Source: a virus. Taken from it: DNA of 41,904 nucleotides. The DNA lies in the IMG/VR virus record IMGVR_UViG_3300045988_046732, one strand, 5' to 3'. Each line of letters opens with the position of its first letter. Position 1 is the stretch's first letter. The notes under the pieces were generated by a model that worked only from the letters and a program-made list of their open reading frames with translations, was not told where the DNA came from and searched no databases. This document shows, piece by piece, positions 39,468-41,904 of the stretch. A program made the position numbers and the translations under genes.

Positions 39468-39907
39468 CAGGGTATGAGATGATGAAACGTGACGTGCTCC
39501 GTGTCCGGCTTGACCCCGGGGCCTATCTGCCCCAGCGGGCCCACGACACCGACGCGGGGCTGGATCTGCGCACGCCGGTGGACGCCTACGTCCGAGCCGG
39601 GGGCAGCACGGTGATCGACACCGGGGTGCATATCCAGCTGCCGCCCGGGACGGTGGGGATGCTCAAGAGCAAGAGCGGGCTCAACGTCAAGGACGGGATC
39701 GTGTCCGAGGGCGTCATTGACGAGGGCTACACCGGGACCATCCAGGTCAAGCTGTACAACCACGGCACCGAGGCCAAGCAGTTTGGCCGGGGGGACAAGA
39801 TCACCCAGCTGGTGGTGCTTCCGGTTCTGTACGTCAAAGTGGAGCAGGCGGAGGAACTGGACGGCGGAGACCGGGGCGACAACGGGTTTGGGAGTACGGG
39901 GAGGTAA
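39464..39907 (+). CDS. dut: dUTP diphosphatase (trimeric dUTPase)
   Basis: AGLDLRTP, GVIDEGYTG and RGDNGFGSTG motifs. Confidence 0.9.
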   Translation: MTGYEMMKRDVLRVRLDPGAYLPQRAHDTDAGLDLRTPVDAYVRAGGSTVIDTGVHIQLPPGTVGMLKSKSGLNVKDGIVSEGVIDEGYTGTIQVKLYNHGTEAKQFGRGDKITQLVVLPVLYVKVEQAEELDGGDRGDNGFGSTGR

Positions 39908-39910
39908 GGC

Positions 39911-40735
39911 GTGAACATCGTATCTTTCGGAGGCGGCACCAACAGCACCGCCATGATCATCGGAATGTATCTGCACAAGATACCCATTGACCTGATCCTG
40001 TTTGCGGACACCGGGGGAGAGCAACCCCACACCTATGAGTTTATTGAGATATTCAATCGCTGGCTGGTGGAGCACGGACTGCCGAAAATCATCTCCGTGG
40101 AGTACCACGACAAGGACGGGAATCGGCTGACGCTGGAACAGGAGTGCCTAAACAGCGGAACGCTGCCCTCCATCGCCTATGGGTTTAAGCGATGCTCGTT
40201 AAAGCACAAAATCGGCACGCAGGAAAAATACTGCAACAACTACCAGCCGTGCAAGGACGTGTGGGCCAGCGGGCAGAGAGTCCACAAGTATATCGGATAC
40301 GATGCCGGGGAGACACGGCGCATCCAGCACGCAGCCCCGGCGGACGAGGCGAACAAAAAGTATGAGAACCACTACCCCCTCTATGTGTGGGGTTGGACCC
40401 GGGATGAGTGCGTGCGCGTGATCGAGCGGGCCGGACTGCCAAGGCCCGGGAAAAGCTCCTGTTTCTTTTGCCCGTCGATGAAAAAGAAGGAAATCCAGGC
40501 CCTGTGGGAGAACTACCCCGAGCTGTTCCGGCGGGCGGTGGAAATCGAGCACGGGGCGGAAGCGACGAACGTTAACGTCAAAGGGCTGGGACGTAACTGG
40601 TCTTGGGAGAGCTACTACAACGAGTTCCTTGCGAACAAGGAGTTTGAGGATGCGCAGATCACCTTTGACGAGTTATTCCCGGACAGCCCTGGCGGCTGCC
40701 TTTGTGGCGCTCCGTGCGGGTGCTGCGACGGGTGA
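39911..40735 (+). CDS. PAPS-reductase-like PP-loop ATPase-family protein with a C-terminal Cys cluster
   Basis: GTG start. SFGGGTNSTAM is an SGGxDS-type PP-loop. The C-terminus is GGCLCGAPCGCCDG. Confidence 0.7.
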   Translation: MNIVSFGGGTNSTAMIIGMYLHKIPIDLILFADTGGEQPHTYEFIEIFNRWLVEHGLPKIISVEYHDKDGNRLTLEQECLNSGTLPSIAYGFKRCSLKHKIGTQEKYCNNYQPCKDVWASGQRVHKYIGYDAGETRRIQHAAPADEANKKYENHYPLYVWGWTRDECVRVIERAGLPRPGKSSCFFCPSMKKKEIQALWENYPELFRRAVEIEHGAEATNVNVKGLGRNWSWESYYNEFLANKEFEDAQITFDELFPDSPGGCLCGAPCGCCDG

Positions 40736-40746
40736 GGAGGCGGAAA

Positions 40747-41904
40747 ATGAGAATCTTGATTGGCGGAAGCCCTTGCACACACTGGAGCATCGCGCAGACC
40801 AAAAACCGGGAGACAAAAGCGGAGGGCATCGGCTGGGAGCTGTTCCGCAACTATGTGATCGCCCGAGACAAATACCAGCCGGACTATTTCCTGTATGAAA
40901 ACAACAAGTCCATGTCGCCCGCCATCCGGGCACAGATCACCAAGGAGCTGGGCGTTGGACCCGTGCTTATCAACTCTGCGCTGGTGAGCGCACAGAACCG
41001 CCAACGCCTGTATTGGGTGGGCAGACGGAACCCGGACGGCACATACAGCCAGGTGGCGGTGGAGCAGCCGGTGGACCGTGGGATCCTCCTGCGCGATATT
41101 CTGGAAAGTGGTGTCTGCTGGAAAGAAAAAGGGTATGCCCTGCTGTCCACAACTGGCGGAACAACGGCAGACGACATGGTTTCCAGACACCAGCGGAATG
41201 GTGCGGCGGAACCTGTTGCCATTAAGCCGCTGACCGAAAAAGAAATGGATTATATGGTGCGCGAAACCAAGGACGGGCGGTACCATTTTGATTTCGATTA
41301 TTTCCACGACGCAACGCAGGGAAAAAGCGCCTGCGTGACGGCGAACCTCCATAAGGGCGTCCCGTATAACGTTCTGGTGGAGCCGATGAGGATCGGCACC
41401 ATTGAGAACGACGCAAAGAACCAGACTTTTGACAGCCAGCAATACCGTGTTTACAGCTCGGACGCCAAAAGCGTAACCCTCTGCGGGAATGGCGGCGGCC
41501 TGGGCGCAAAAACCGGGCTTTATGCCGTGCCCGTTATCCCGGACAGAAAAGGGCAGTTTGTAATTAAGGCGGCAGGCGGAAAAGAAATCCCAGTTTACGA
41601 GGTTCGCGGCGGGCGGATCACCATCAAAGGAAAGACATACCCCATTAAACTGGCAGACGGATTTTACATCATTCGCAAGTTGACCGTGACGGAATGTAAA
41701 CGTCTCCAGACCGCGCCGGACACATACGCCTTTCCTGTCAGCGACAGCCAGGCGTATAAGATGCTGGGCAACGGCTGGACGGTGGACGTGATCGCCCACA
41801 TTATGAGCCATTTTACCGGGCTGACCACGGAGCCGGTGGAAGTGCTTTCCATGTATGATGGCATGAGCTGCGGCCATATCGCGCTGGACAAGCTGGGTAC
41901 GGAG
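40747..41904 (+). CDS. DNA (cytosine-5) methyltransferase with permuted motif order (IV-X then I-III); runs off the window end and continues at 1..284
   Basis: GAGGAGG SD with ATG at 40747. Motifs ILIGGSPCTHWS (IV), YENN (VI), SAQNRQR (VIII), TECKRLQTAPDTY (IX), LGNGWTVDV (X). No stop before 41904, so it is absent from the ORF track. Confidence 0.85.
   Translation, partial: MRILIGGSPCTHWSIAQTKNRETKAEGIGWELFRNYVIARDKYQPDYFLYENNKSMSPAIRAQITKELGVGPVLINSALVSAQNRQRLYWVGRRNPDGTYSQVAVEQPVDRGILLRDILESGVCWKEKGYALLSTTGGTTADDMVSRHQRNGAAEPVAIKPLTEKEMDYMVRETKDGRYHFDFDYFHDATQGKSACVTANLHKGVPYNVLVEPMRIGTIENDAKNQTFDSQQYRVYSSDAKSVTLCGNGGGLGAKTGLYAVPVIPDRKGQFVIKAAGGKEIPVYEVRGGRITIKGKTYPIKLADGFYIIRKLTVTECKRLQTAPDTYAFPVSDSQAYKMLGNGWTVDVIAHIMSHFTGLTTEPVEVLSMYDGMSCGHIALDKLGTE
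41786..41904. repeat. Terminal overlap, identical to 1..119
   Basis: Direct comparison of both ends. Confidence 0.95.

Larger units (their letters stand above)
1..41904. mobile_element. Complete temperate tailed-phage (siphovirus-type) genome, circularly closed; unit length 41,785 bp
   Basis: Complete module set is present: modification/anti-restriction, packaging, head, tail, lysis, cargo, serine integrase, switch, recombination/replication. The first 119 nt are repeated exactly at the 3' end. Confidence 0.9.

Noticed and set aside
40615-41877. 420-aa minus-strand ORF, with similar long antisense or alternate-frame ORFs at 10931..12025(-), 34230..35264(-), 24283..25278(-), 35030..35869(-), 39080..40108(-) and 20630..21442(+)
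   Set aside because: Each lies fully inside a well-supported gene on the other strand or frame. They are Arg/Gly/Pro/His-rich, lack SD sites, and are the shadow ORFs expected in GC-rich DNA.

Overview
The window is one complete, circularly closed temperate siphovirus-type phage (or excised prophage) genome. Nt 1-119 repeat exactly at 41786-41904, so the unit length is 41,785 bp. The DNA is GC-rich with clear AT-rich islands. The gene content looks like phages of spore-forming gut Clostridia, but that host call is inference only.

Gene order:
- DNA-modification and anti-restriction island (39911 through the junction to about 2120): PAPS-reductase-like protein, a C5 methyltransferase whose ORF crosses the junction and has permuted motif order, and two diverged Lar-family modules.
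- DUF3310, HTH and small ORFs, two terminators, one tRNA with an odd anticodon loop, and about 490 nt of hairpin-rich non-coding DNA.
- A ParB-like/amino-methyltransferase fusion split by a G9 tract.
- terS, terL, portal, a MuF-like protein with an AT-rich C-terminal add-on plus a candidate immunity gene, scaffold, and major capsid with a possible -1 frameshift extension.
- Head-tail genes, major tail protein, chaperones, tape measure and fibre genes, with a hicAB cassette inserted antisense among the fibre genes.
- XhlA-like protein, holin and a three-domain endolysin.
- An eight-ORF cargo operon of unknown function.
- Candidate attP, a large serine integrase, and an AT-rich lysogeny region.
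- Face-to-face consensus promoters, a cro-like gene, and the recombination/replication module (annealing protein, HNH, DUF4373 initiator with internal iterons, RusA, SSB, dUTPase).

The most unusual signal is a tandem array of hairpins just downstream of the cro-like gene. Their stems differ but they share the 7-nt loop CUGCAAC, and a fifth copy lies upstream of a sigma-region-4-like HTH gene. The loop has the form of a tRNA-Cys(GCA) anticodon loop.

All functions were assigned by reading translations and motifs by eye. No database search was run.
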